From: an uncultured delta proteobacterium
Lineage (GTDB): Bacteria > Myxococcota > Myxococcia > Myxococcales > Anaeromyxobacteraceae
DNA: 21,057 bases
Direction: 5' to 3'
NCBI GenBank assembly: GCA_963845515.1
Contig: CAWJSR010000046.1
Coordinates: forward strand, 1-21,057
Shown: piece after piece, positions 1 through 8,899 of the stretch
Layout: the number at the start of each line of letters is the position of its first letter
How positions within the stretch are numbered: position 1 is the first letter of the stretch
Notes under the pieces: generated by a model
Database searches by the model: none
What the model was told of the DNA's origin: nothing
What the model saw: the letters and a program-made list of their open reading frames with translations, nothing else
Position numbers and translations under genes: made by a program

Positions 1-835
1 GCTCGAGCTCGACGCCGCGGAGCCCGAGGGCTCGGTTCCAGCGAGTCCATTGGGTCCACGGAGTCCGCCATTTTCCACGGGCGCTGTTACACCGGTGGGA
101 CAAATTGAACTCGTGGTGGACTGGGGCGCGGGGAGCATCGGGACGGCGCGGGAGACCGCGAGCGCCAGCTGCTCGGTCCGCTGTCGGCCGTAGACCCGTT
201 CGAGCATCCGGGTGTCCTTGTGGCCCATGAGCTGGGCGATGACGAAGAGGGGGACCCCGGCCTCCACCATCCAGTTCGCGAAGGTACGCCGCAGGTCGTT
301 CGGGCTGCACGGGGCGATCTCGGCGCGGCCGCAGGCGTCGAGCAACCCCCTCCGCACGTTCCCCCACGGGCGAGGAGGAGGCCGGCTGTCCCGCCGGCGT
401 GCTCGACTGCGTAGGCGAGCAGCGAGCGCTGGAAAGGGAGGACCATCGGGACGTCGCGGAGGCGCGTCTCCCGCTTGGTGCCCGGGATGTGGACGGTGTT
501 GAGCCCCTCGCCGACGTCCTCCCGTCGGGCCTTCTCGACCTCGCCCCAGCAAGCCGACGTGGCGACGATGAAGGCCACGCAGGCGGCCCGGTCGGGGGTC
601 AGCTCGGCGAGGAGGTCGGAGAGCTCCTCGCTCGTGAGGGCGCGCTTCCGCGGCTCGTAGTCGGGCGAGAAGGCGATGGGGAAGACCTCGTCGACCCGGC
701 CGCGCCAGAGCCCCGCGCGGACGGCGAGCCGCAACGCATTACGGAGGACGATCAGCTCCTTCGCGACGGTGTGATCCGAGACCTTCTCGGACCTGCGCTT
801 CGAGACGTATGCATCGATGTGACGCGGCCGGAGTC
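1..835 (-). pseudogene. Tyrosine recombinase/phage integrase, 5'-truncated, one frameshift near 370, C-terminus runs off the window edge
   Basis: Minus-strand reading LRPRHIDAYVSKRRSEKVSDHTVAKELIVLRNALRLAV...HIPGTKRETRLRDVP. After a 1-nt shift near 370 it reads WGNVRRGL...SPNDLRRTFANWMVEAGVPLFVIAQLMGHKDTRMLERVY (box II-like xxLRR, LMGH, catalytic Y). An in-frame TAG lies at 863-861 with no start codon before the homology begins. Confidence 0.85.
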
Positions 836-888
836 CGCCGGCGGACGTTGAGGGCCATCGCTACGGCGCGAAGATCAAGATACCGGGA

Positions 889-2116
889 GTGATCGTCAAG
901 AACGTTTCGCACACGAACCGCCCTCGAGAGTCGAACGGAACCTCGATCAAGGTGGATGCGGAGGCGTTTCGAGCCATGAGAGTGGAGCGAGACGTCGCTC
1001 CCGTTGCGTTCGCAGAATGGGTCCTGAATCTGGAGTTCAGCCCATTCATGCCGTCGCGGCTAACGAAGCGGGAAGACACGCTGCACTACAGGCGGACACG
1101 AGACGGCGGAAAGCCATTCGAACTGGACTTTCCGTCGCAAGCATCGAGTTGGGACCACTGCCGAGTGGAGCTCGAAGAAACGGACAAGCGCCGAATCGTG
1201 GTGCGATTCGGGAAGGTGCAGAAGGGCGCAGGCCCCACGCACCTGAAGCCGGGTTTCATCGAGTACGAGGGCGTGCCCTCTGAGGACACGGCAACTAGCG
1301 TCCGAGAGGTGCTCGCGTTCGTGTTTGGTCGTTCGTTGGCGTCGGTCGGCGGTTCCTGGCTTGCGGCTGACGGCTCACCCGTCCGTCGTGAGGCTGCGTC
1401 TCCAGGCGGGCTCTTCGCGAAGCGCACGTGTGCCCAGCCGTCGTTGCCGCCAACGCGCGACATCGCGAAGCGAGAACACGGGTTGTTCATCGCGGAGGAT
1501 GCGTTGGGGCTCCTCATGACCCGGCTACTCAGCGTGACAAGGGAACTCGACCTCGTACATTCGTTCAGGCGGTACTGGCTGGGGAAGAGTTCCCTGCTAG
1601 ATGTTGCTGCGGCTCACCTCGGAGCAGCTCTTGAGTCTCTCCGAGATGGATATGCGGTCGAAGCGCGAGCGCTTGGTCGCTCGTTGTTGCCGGACCACGA
1701 GTGGCTGGCCCTTCGTGGACCTGTGGTGGCTGCCTTCGATGGCGCGGCACCGGCAGGTACAGGCGCTCAAGATCCCAAGACTGCGGATCCTCCGGAGCAA
1801 GCTCAACGGGCTAAACGAGAAGAGCTCAAGCATGAAGTACGACGAGTTCTTCATGGCGCTCGAGCTGACCATCGGCGAAGTGGAACGCGTTGCGCTGCGC
1901 GAGCGGAATGTTCCGGCGCACGGGACCAAGTACTCGGCGGACAAGTATCCAGCGCTGCTGTCGCGAGTGCGTGCGCTCGAGACTCTGTTCAATCGATGCG
2001 TCCTCAAGATGTCGGGCGGAGTTGAGACCTACGTCGACTACCCGACCCACGGCCATCCGGACCGGCTTCTGACGGACCCGCTGGGAGGTCCAAGGGGGGA
2101 CGGGAAGTCCGGCTAG
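889..2116 (+). CDS. HEPN-domain protein (ApeA-like putative RNase), frameshift near 1778, probably 5'-truncated
   Basis: ORF 889-2025 joins the frame of ORF 1601-2116 near 1778 (..QDPK / LRILRSKLNGLN..). The C-terminal part has an R-x4-H motif RNVPAH (1904-1921), preceded by helical AALESL. GC is visibly lower than in the flanks. Confidence 0.6.
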
Positions 2117-2408
2117 TTGCTCGTGCTGGTGTTCTTGGCTCGTTGGGTCGGCGACCGGTTCCCGGACCTGGCCCCGGGTTCGGCGTCGACGAACGATCCT
2201 GGCCGCCCAGGTAACCGTCGGATCTCACAGTGGGTTTGGCGTGCAGTGCGGAGGTGAGGCTCCCGCAGTAGACGACGAAGCAGCTTGAGTACCCCTAGGC
2301 ATCATCTGTCTGTGGCCCCCTACAAATCCTTGCCAGTGAAAGCTCATAGGCCTAGCCTTTCATGTGCAAGGCGTGTTACCTCAGCGCCCGAACTCACGGG
2401 GGTAGGCA

Positions 2409-2780
2409 ATGCGACCCAAGCTCCGGTCCTTCTCGCCCGATCAGGCCGCCGTTCTGACTAAGGCGACTCGCCGCGCTGCTGAGAACCTCGGCCTTTCCGA
2501 TGCAGCGCTAGCCGACGTGCTGGGCGTCAGCCCTTCCACTGTCTCCCGGCTCGGCGAAGCGCGTGCTATCGACCCTTCCAGCCACGAGGGAGAGTGTGCG
2601 CTTCTGCTCCTTCGGGTCTTCCGCGGTCTCGACTCGCTCCTCGGTGACGTCGGAAGCTGCAAGAAGTGGATGGGGGCCAACAACACCCACTTGAGGGGCG
2701 TACCGGCGGAGCTCGTCCGGTCCGTCGAGGGGCTCGTGAATGTCACCCGGTATCTGGATGCAATGCGGGGGAAGCTCTAA
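2409..2780 (+). CDS. Xre/MbcA/ParS-family antitoxin
   Basis: N-terminal HTH (LGLSDAALADVLGVSPSTVSRL) plus C-terminal W..N..L.G.P..L..S.EGL..V..YLDAMRG motif; overlaps the downstream RES gene. Confidence 0.92.
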   Translation: MRPKLRSFSPDQAAVLTKATRRAAENLGLSDAALADVLGVSPSTVSRLGEARAIDPSSHEGECALLLLRVFRGLDSLLGDVGSCKKWMGANNTHLRGVPAELVRSVEGLVNVTRYLDAMRGKL

Positions 2781-3504
2781 CCTCCGCACCATCGAGAGCA
2801 AGCCTTGGCGGGTCGTGGAGTCGCAGCAGCGGATCTCCACGAGGCAGCTTGTCGATTCTGACGCCGAGCACTTCATTCTCGAACAGCTCATCGAGGACAG
2901 CAAACCGCCCGTCCCCGACGAGGCGAATGGGTACGACTTCCTCCTGTTCTCACCCTTCCGCTACCCGCCACTAAGGAATGGTTCGCGGTTTGGGAGCCCG
3001 GATGAACCGTCGCTCTGGTACGGATCCGAGCTGATCGAGACGGCGCTTGCGGAGATGGCCTACTACCGGCTCCTCTTCTTCGAGGGGACAGCGGCCGACC
3101 TTCTTCCGAACCAGGTTCCGATGTCGGCGTTCAGGGTGGCCGTTCGGTCGGCCGCGGCAGTCGACCTGATGGCACCTCCCTTCGTCGATCACGTCGAGAC
3201 CATCGCGTCGAAGACGAACTACGGCGAGTCGCAGCGGCTTGGCAGCGACATGCGGGCAGCCGGCGTGGAGCTCCTTCGGTTTACGTCGGCGCGCGATTCG
3301 AAACGCGGCGCGAATGTCGCGCTCTTCACGCCCAAGGCCTTCGCCATGACGAAGCCTCTCGATCCACCGACCACGTGGACGTGCACTGTGACCGGACTAC
3401 GCGACGTCTCGTGGATCCGTGATGGCGTCGGTGGCCAGGAGCGGTTCGAGTTCCCGCGCTCCACCTTCCTGGTGGATGGAACGCTCCCGGCGCCTGCAAC
3501 GTAG
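2740..3504 (+). CDS. RES-domain toxin (NAD+ phosphorylase family)
   Basis: WRVVESQ, PFRYPPLRNGSRFGS, ETALAEMAYYR, YGESQRLG, FTSARD...NVALF motifs; the start overlaps the antitoxin 3' end by 41 nt. Confidence 0.92.
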   Translation: MSPGIWMQCGGSSNLRTIESKPWRVVESQQRISTRQLVDSDAEHFILEQLIEDSKPPVPDEANGYDFLLFSPFRYPPLRNGSRFGSPDEPSLWYGSELIETALAEMAYYRLLFFEGTAADLLPNQVPMSAFRVAVRSAAAVDLMAPPFVDHVETIASKTNYGESQRLGSDMRAAGVELLRFTSARDSKRGANVALFTPKAFAMTKPLDPPTTWTCTVTGLRDVSWIRDGVGGQERFEFPRSTFLVDGTLPAPAT

Positions 3505-3715
3505 GGCGTCCGAGCTCCGCATCGCAGCCTAGGCGTGCCGCCGGCACAGGCCCGGTCCCCCGCTACGCGGCCGACGGGCATGACCCGTGGAGCGTGGCCC
3601 AGTGAACGAGCGGCCCCACGTGGGGAGCAGTTCGAGAGTGAACGGGTCCTTGAGCCTCGACTCGGCGTAGCCGGTCACCTCGTACGCGAGCGCATGATCG
3701 GCGGTGTCGGCCCGC

Positions 3716-4699
3716 TCACGGGAGGCTCCGAGGGGAGAGTTCGACCGTGAGGCGGACCGAGGTCGACGGGGCTCCGAACGGAGCGGGAGGGACGACCAGT
3801 CCCCAGAGGAGCGACCGGACGCAGGCCGCTTCGTCCGCGTCGAGCCCGGTCACGGAAATAGCCGTGGGCAAGCCGGTGGACGCGACGTCGAGGGACAGGG
3901 TCACGGAGCGCGGTGCCTCGCCGCCGTTGCACGGACGGAAGGTCAGCTTCTGCTTCACGGCGCTGGAGATGGCGCCGGCCGAGATGCCCTGAGCGACCGG
4001 GGCGGCGGGGCCGCGCTCCGATCGGCGGAGGACCTTCCCCGTTGGCTCGAACGCCTGCGCCGGGCCAGAAGAGGGCCAGCAGAGATCGTCGACGGGGGTT
4101 ACCGGCTCGATGCCATCGGCGCGTACCACCCACAGGGGCCCGCCTCGGGGCTCCCGAAAGCAGACCCGGAGCACGTCCCCCTCGCAGCGCTCGAGGCAGA
4201 GCTGGACCTGAACAACCCGCGTGACGTCGGCCCTGGTGAGGCCCTTGGGGCCAAGCACGATCTTCGAGTCGCCTTCTCCCCAGGCGCCGGCATGCCGGGC
4301 GAGCTGGTCGCGCGTCCACTTCGAATCCCACTGCCGCGCGTATTCGCGAACGGGCTTGGGGATCCATCGCAACAGGGAGGGGTCGCTCCGATAGAGAAGG
4401 TTCGTCCGGACGCGGCCGTCGGCGAGCACGATCCAGTCCACGGACTGCCAGCCGGGGGCGCCCGTTCCATCGACCTCGATCCCTTCCTTGGCGCGTCGCC
4501 AGCGATGGGTCGACGCCTCCATGACCGCGTCCAGCACGACCTCGCGCTCCGTGAAGCGAACGGAGGGGAGCAACAGGTCGGTGCTGGTGCACACTCCGCC
4601 GGTGATGCACTCGACCGTCTCCGCCGAAACGTAGACGCCGGACGTCTTCGGGGTGGCGAGTAGCGTGAGCCCCAAGGCGCCGGCCAGGGAGAGGAGCAT
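3716..4699 (-). CDS. Hypothetical exported protein (~327 aa)
   Basis: ATG at 4699 gives a signal-peptide-like MLLSLAGALGLTLLA. It has Cys pairs, a C-terminal ACVRSLLWGLVVPPAP segment reminiscent of TonB-C/AgmX-like domains, and a promoter directly upstream. Confidence 0.65.
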   Translation of the reverse strand: MLLSLAGALGLTLLATPKTSGVYVSAETVECITGGVCTSTDLLLPSVRFTEREVVLDAVMEASTHRWRRAKEGIEVDGTGAPGWQSVDWIVLADGRVRTNLLYRSDPSLLRWIPKPVREYARQWDSKWTRDQLARHAGAWGEGDSKIVLGPKGLTRADVTRVVQVQLCLERCEGDVLRVCFREPRGGPLWVVRADGIEPVTPVDDLCWPSSGPAQAFEPTGKVLRRSERGPAAPVAQGISAGAISSAVKQKLTFRPCNGGEAPRSVTLSLDVASTGLPTAISVTGLDADEAACVRSLLWGLVVPPAPFGAPSTSVRLTVELSPRSLP

Positions 4700-4705
4700 G
4701 CATGG

Positions 4706-4734
4706 ATTGTAGAGCCCGCCGGCGGGTCTCCCAA
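4706..4734 (-). promoter_or_regulatory. Sigma70-type promoter, leaderless transcript
   Basis: TTGGGA-N17-TACAAT, then 6 nt to ATG 4699; no SD. Confidence 0.55.
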
Positions 4735-4785
4735 GCGTGAGGCAGGAGCGCCCAGTGCCGAAGCGTGGTCGGCTGGCAAGGCTCG

Positions 4786-4814
4786 TTGACGGGTCGGACG
4801 CCCCCACGGACAAT
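4786..4814 (+). promoter_or_regulatory. Sigma70-type promoter, leaderless transcript
   Basis: TTGACG-N17-GACAAT, then 6 nt to ATG 4821; no SD. Confidence 0.65.
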
Positions 4815-4820
4815 CCGTGC

Positions 4821-5336
4821 ATGCTCCCTCTGCTCGCGCTGAGCGTGGCCGTCGCGATGGCCACTCCGTCGTCTGTTGCCGAAGCCAAGCCAGCGGCTGT
4901 GCCGGCAAACGCGCCCTACACGCTCGCGCTGCCGACCGGTTGGCGGCTCGTCTCGTCACAGCCGCCCGAAGCCGGAGTGGGCTGGCCGAACGACCGGTAC
5001 GAGGACGGAAAGGGGAACTGGTTCCACGTCATGGAGTGGGGCGCCCCGGACGGCTCCCCTGCTGACGTCCTCTGGTGGCTGGAGTGGAACGCTACGGAGC
5101 GGCGCTACAGAATCAAGACCGAGGGGAAGCCGTGCAAGAAGGAGCGCTGCAACGAGCCGCCGGGGTACCAGTGCGACCTTTGCGAGATTGGCGACGGGAA
5201 GTTCCACGGGTACGCGAAGGCAGATGAGGACGGGCCGAACATCAGCGTCCACTTCGGGAACGATCGCCAGGAGAGCAGCGTGGACCTCGCGCCTTTCCGC
5301 ATGCTCATCGCCGCGTTCCGAATGAAGCAGAAGTAG
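4821..5336 (+). CDS. Hypothetical secreted protein (171 aa)
   Basis: Signal peptide MLPLLALSVAVAMA..AEA; YTLALPTGW start and four clustered Cys; high GC3 codon usage. Confidence 0.7.
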   Translation: MLPLLALSVAVAMATPSSVAEAKPAAVPANAPYTLALPTGWRLVSSQPPEAGVGWPNDRYEDGKGNWFHVMEWGAPDGSPADVLWWLEWNATERRYRIKTEGKPCKKERCNEPPGYQCDLCEIGDGKFHGYAKADEDGPNISVHFGNDRQESSVDLAPFRMLIAAFRMKQK

Positions 5337-5353
5337 ACAAGGGCCTCTACCTG

Positions 5354-6505
5354 ATGGCCTCCCTAGAGGAACTCCGGGCCGCCTTCTCCGAGAGCTGCAC
5401 CACGCAGTTCCAGCGCCTTGTCGACGACCACGAGGCGATCCATAGGTCCGGGTTCTCCGCGTTCGACGGCCAGCCGCCAACGCTCCACGCCGGGGCGGTA
5501 CCCGCGAGCGGACTCTTCTGCTTCATCGAGCGCTTCGAGCTCCCGAACGTGACCCTGGACGTGGAGTTCGGCGATCGCGAGTCGGTCGTAGAGGCGAAGC
5601 TTCACTACCAGGGCGAACCCTCGTTTGCGCCGTGGGAGTTCGCTGACGCGGGGGCGGTGAAAGATTCGGGCGGGCTCGCAGGGTCGATGTGGGTCCTCGA
5701 CGTCACCTTCATGCACGAGGTGATCGCGGCGATGGCGGCGTCCCTTCTGGAGAGTTGGAGCCTCTTCTCGAATCCGGGAGCGGCCGTGCTTCGCCGGGTC
5801 GCCCAGCGGCGCCGTGCCCGGGAAGAAGCCAACCGAAAGTCCCAGCGTGGTCGGGAGATGGAGAGAGCCGTAGCCATCGCGGCTGGCCTGTTCCACCGGA
5901 GCAAGTACGTCGAGGTCGAGCGCCTGCTGGCTGAGTTCGCGGAGGATCCAGAGTTGCCCCCCTCGGCGAAGAGGATGGTCGCGATTGCGCGCCGGGAAGT
6001 GGGGAAAACCTCGGCGGCGGGAGAGAGAGATGAAATGGCGCAAGAGATCGAGCGGAAGTTCCTGGTGAGGTTGGATGCCTGGCGGCCTCGTAGTCCGGGA
6101 ACCCTCCATCGGCAGGGCTACCTCAGCTCGCAGAAGGAGCGGGTGGTCCGCGTTCGTATTGCGGGCGACCAGGCGATGCTCACGATCAAGGGTGTCACCG
6201 TCGGCCTGACCCGCTCCGAGTTCGAATACCCGGTCCCCGTCGAGGACGCAGTGGCCATGCTCGACACCCTCTGTGAGCGGCCGCAGATCGAGAAGCACCG
6301 GCACATCGAGGTTCATGCCGGGAAGACCTGGGAGGTCGACGTCTTCCACGGAGAGAACGAGGGACTCGTCATCGCGGAGCTGGAGCTCTGTTCAGAGGGC
6401 GAGGCGTTCGAAGCACCGGCATGGGTGGGCGAGGAGGTTTCCAGCGATCCGCGCTACTTCAACTCGAACCTCGCGAAGAACCCGTACTCTGCGTGGGGCC
6501 GCTGA
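5354..6505 (+). CDS. Hypothetical protein read in frame with a C-terminal CYTH domain (CYTH has its own start at 6035)
   Basis: From ATG 6035: MAQEIERKFLV (ExExK), QGYL, VRVR, LTIKG, EFEY, IEKHR, WEVDVFHGENEGLVIAELEL, RYFNSNL, a CYTH/triphosphate tunnel metalloenzyme. The N-terminal 227 aa are unrecognised. Confidence 0.85.
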   Translation: MASLEELRAAFSESCTTQFQRLVDDHEAIHRSGFSAFDGQPPTLHAGAVPASGLFCFIERFELPNVTLDVEFGDRESVVEAKLHYQGEPSFAPWEFADAGAVKDSGGLAGSMWVLDVTFMHEVIAAMAASLLESWSLFSNPGAAVLRRVAQRRRAREEANRKSQRGREMERAVAIAAGLFHRSKYVEVERLLAEFAEDPELPPSAKRMVAIARREVGKTSAAGERDEMAQEIERKFLVRLDAWRPRSPGTLHRQGYLSSQKERVVRVRIAGDQAMLTIKGVTVGLTRSEFEYPVPVEDAVAMLDTLCERPQIEKHRHIEVHAGKTWEVDVFHGENEGLVIAELELCSEGEAFEAPAWVGEEVSSDPRYFNSNLAKNPYSAWGR

Positions 6506-6520
6506 GGTCGCGGCAACGTC

Positions 6521-6811
6521 ATGAACATCACCGTCACCGAGCTGCGCCGAATCACCAACGCGATCTTCGATGAGTGGGAAGCGTTCGGTGAGGGCTCCGT
6601 CGAGCTCACCTCGGACTCCTACTGGAACATCCCCGCCGATCGGCTCTACGCAGCCGAGCCGCCCCCCATCGACTCGCTGGACCTCGGTCAGCTGACGAGC
6701 GACTGGGAGGAGCTGTCGGCCGTCGGACGCGCGATGGACCCGGTGCCGAGTCACGACCTCGCGCATCTCAGCGCTGTACTCCGCTTCGTTGCGTCGAAGG
6801 TTCTCCCCTAG
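6521..6811 (+). CDS. Small acidic hypothetical protein (96 aa)
   Basis: Clean ORF directly after CYTH; DxYWxIP and LGQLxxDW motifs; strong GC3 bias. Confidence 0.7.
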   Translation: MNITVTELRRITNAIFDEWEAFGEGSVELTSDSYWNIPADRLYAAEPPPIDSLDLGQLTSDWEELSAVGRAMDPVPSHDLAHLSAVLRFVASKVLP

Positions 6812-6815
6812 CGCG

Positions 6816-7535
6816 ATGGCACCCATGTGGAACGTCAGGCGGGCAACACTCGCCGCGCTCGCGAGCCTACTGGGCCTAGCACTCCTCGGTCCGCCCATCG
6901 CTGCCGAGCTGCTCTACCGCTACCAGCTTCGACAGGTCGGCACGCCCCCTGCGCCCACGCCGACCGCCCTTCCACCGAACGCGCTCGCCGCCTTCTGGGT
7001 GGAGGCGGGCGAGAGCCTGCCGATGAGGAGCAAGGCGATCTGGAAGTGGCACTGCCCATTGACGTTCGTCCGGGCAGAGGGCCTCGGCCAGCGGGTGCCC
7101 GGCGAACGCATGGCGTCGCGCGCCGCGCGCGGTTGGCTGGGCCAGCAACCCAGTCCGCAACGAGGTCTGAGTTGGCAGCTGGCTTGGGGGGCTGCCACCG
7201 TCTGGATGAGCCGCAACTTGAGTGCCGAGGAGATGACGAGTGTATGGCTCTCGGTCGCCTGGTTCGGTCGCGGCGCGCGCGGGCTCGAGGCGGCGGCCGA
7301 CGTCTACTTCGGGAAGCGGGCCGACGCGCTCCGCCTCCACGAGCTCGCCCTGCTCGTGGGACTCACCCAGGCGCCCAGTCGCTTCGATCCGGACTGCCGG
7401 CCGGAGGACGCTCGGGCAAGGCGTAAGTACGTGTTGGACCGGCTGCTTGACGCTCGGGTCATCGCGGCCGAGGAGCACGACGAGGCGGGGGCCCAACCGC
7501 TTGGTACGGCTCCGCGTGAATGCAGGCCAGAGTGA
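6816..7535 (+). CDS. Membrane-anchored transglycosylase (GT51/Transgly)-like protein, degenerate active site
   Basis: N-terminal TM helix; LSAEE..VWL..AWFGRGARGLEAAADVYFGK..L.L.ELALLVGLTQAPSRFDP...ARARRKYVLDRL matches the C-terminal GT51 motifs. Confidence 0.8.
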   Translation: MAPMWNVRRATLAALASLLGLALLGPPIAAELLYRYQLRQVGTPPAPTPTALPPNALAAFWVEAGESLPMRSKAIWKWHCPLTFVRAEGLGQRVPGERMASRAARGWLGQQPSPQRGLSWQLAWGAATVWMSRNLSAEEMTSVWLSVAWFGRGARGLEAAADVYFGKRADALRLHELALLVGLTQAPSRFDPDCRPEDARARRKYVLDRLLDARVIAAEEHDEAGAQPLGTAPRECRPE

Positions 7536-7569
7536 CCAACACTAGGCGTGTTGCTGCGCCGCTCCACTC

Positions 7570-7653
7570 CTAGTCGCCGCGTCGACGCCAGAGGAAGATC
7601 GCGACGGCGATCGCCGCGACGAGCAGGAGTTCCGCCCCGCCGAAACCGAACAT
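7570..7653 (-). CDS. 27-aa single-TM micropeptide resembling the TatA/E N-terminus
   Basis: MFGFGGAELLLVAAIAVAIFLWRRRGD*; GC3-biased codons; TAGAGT -10-like hexamer 6 nt before the ATG. It is below the ORF-track size cutoff. Confidence 0.55.
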   Translation of the reverse strand: MFGFGGAELLLVAAIAVAIFLWRRRGD

Positions 7654-7761
7654 TCCGCGACTCTAGCGCCTTGCAGCCCGCGATGCGGCACGCGGTGGGG
7701 TAGAGCGACGCGTCAAGAATCCTCCAGCTCCCCCCGGCGCGCCCCCTCCGTCCGCCCAAGT

Positions 7762-8049
7762 TCAGCCCCAGAGGTCCCAGCCTCTCCTTGGCGGACGATC
7801 GGTCGGGCCGTTCGGCGGAGGGGGATCGTGCAGGACCGCGTATGCGATGAGCCCGACGACGGGGACCAGCGTGAGCAGGATCCAGGCGAGGCGCGACGTC
7901 CGTGAGCGCCCCTTCTCCCTCCAGATCCTCACCGCGGCGACGACCGCAACGAGCTCGAGCGCGCCCAACAGGACGAAGGCCGCCGCGTCCGAGAGCGAGA
8001 TGGGGGTGGGCGAGCTCGCGATGTACCGGTGGGGAGGGATTTCGCGCAT
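7762..8049 (-). CDS. Small two-TM membrane protein, PLDc N-terminal-like domain
   Basis: Two hydrophobic helices with SRTSRLAWILLTLVPVVGLIAYAVL, the typical W...P..G...Y pattern. Confidence 0.65.
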   Translation of the reverse strand: MREIPPHRYIASSPTPISLSDAAAFVLLGALELVAVVAAVRIWREKGRSRTSRLAWILLTLVPVVGLIAYAVLHDPPPPNGPTDRPPRRGWDLWG

Positions 8050-8067
8050 TGGACTTGGCCGGGACCC

Positions 8068-8817
8068 CTAGCGGTGTGCTCCACAGCCGACGACATCGTC
8101 ATCCCCGGGCACCCGCATGAGCGACGCGCGGACGTCCCTTCGCAGCCACACGGCGCCGAACGCGCGATGCAGCGGCCGCAGTCGGCGGTTCTCCGCGAGC
8201 AGAAAGGCCGGCAGCTCCGGTCGCCGCCTTCTCAGGCGCAGGTAGTCCTTCTTCGAGACCTCCTCGTCATCCACGAAGAACTGGGGATATCCGGGCTCCA
8301 GCTCCGAGCCCTTCCAGCGCCGGAAGACACCAGCCCGCAGCCCTCGCAGAAAGTGCGACTCCTCGTAGGGGAGTCTCGGATGCCCCCAACGCTCCAGACC
8401 GTGTCGGTGGTTGTCCGCGACCTCGCGGAACTCGACGAGCTCGCTGCCCTGCACCCAGAGGTCGACGCCCGTGCCCGCTTCGAATCGGCACCGGTACAGA
8501 GCCCGCCCATCCTCATCGAACTGCCGGGCCAGTCCACTCATCGCGCCACGCACCCAAGGAACCTGCCATTCCGCAGCACCGCTCTCGAATCGCGAGACCT
8601 CCAGGCCATGGCGCCTGCCGTGTCTGTCGAACGGGCACTCCCAGAGGACCGCGCCATCCGGAGACCAAGTCACCTGGGTCTTTCCAGCTTCGTAGAGAAA
8701 CTCGCCACTGACGCATGCGGCGTGCCGCACCGTCTCCGCATAGCGCGCGTCAGGAGGTACGCGGCTCGGCCACGCCAGTCGGGTTCCCTTCACGGCCTTT
8801 GGTCTTGCGCTCTTCAT
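8068..8817 (-). CDS. MORN-variant repeat / YwqK-like protein
   Basis: Repeated units: GRRHGLEVSRFESG, WVRGAMSGLARQFDEDG, NHRHGLERWG, FLRGLRAGVFRRW. Confidence 0.7.
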   Translation of the reverse strand: MKSARPKAVKGTRLAWPSRVPPDARYAETVRHAACVSGEFLYEAGKTQVTWSPDGAVLWECPFDRHGRRHGLEVSRFESGAAEWQVPWVRGAMSGLARQFDEDGRALYRCRFEAGTGVDLWVQGSELVEFREVADNHRHGLERWGHPRLPYEESHFLRGLRAGVFRRWKGSELEPGYPQFFVDDEEVSKKDYLRLRRRRPELPAFLLAENRRLRPLHRAFGAVWLRRDVRASLMRVPGDDDVVGCGAHR

Positions 8818-8899
8818 CGGGAATCTCGGGAGAGGATCGTCCGCCTGCGCGTCACCGGGTGCATGCCCTTGCAGAAGGCTCGGCGTCGAAAGGATTCAG

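Noticed and set aside
3530..3715. Minus-strand coding-like remnant (ADHALAYEVTGYAESRLKDPFTLELLP)
   Set aside because: No start codon or recognisable family; too short to support.
7537..7553. Hairpin CAACAC-TAGGC-GTGTTG as a terminator
   Set aside because: Short stem with no U-tract; plausible between convergent genes but unsupported.
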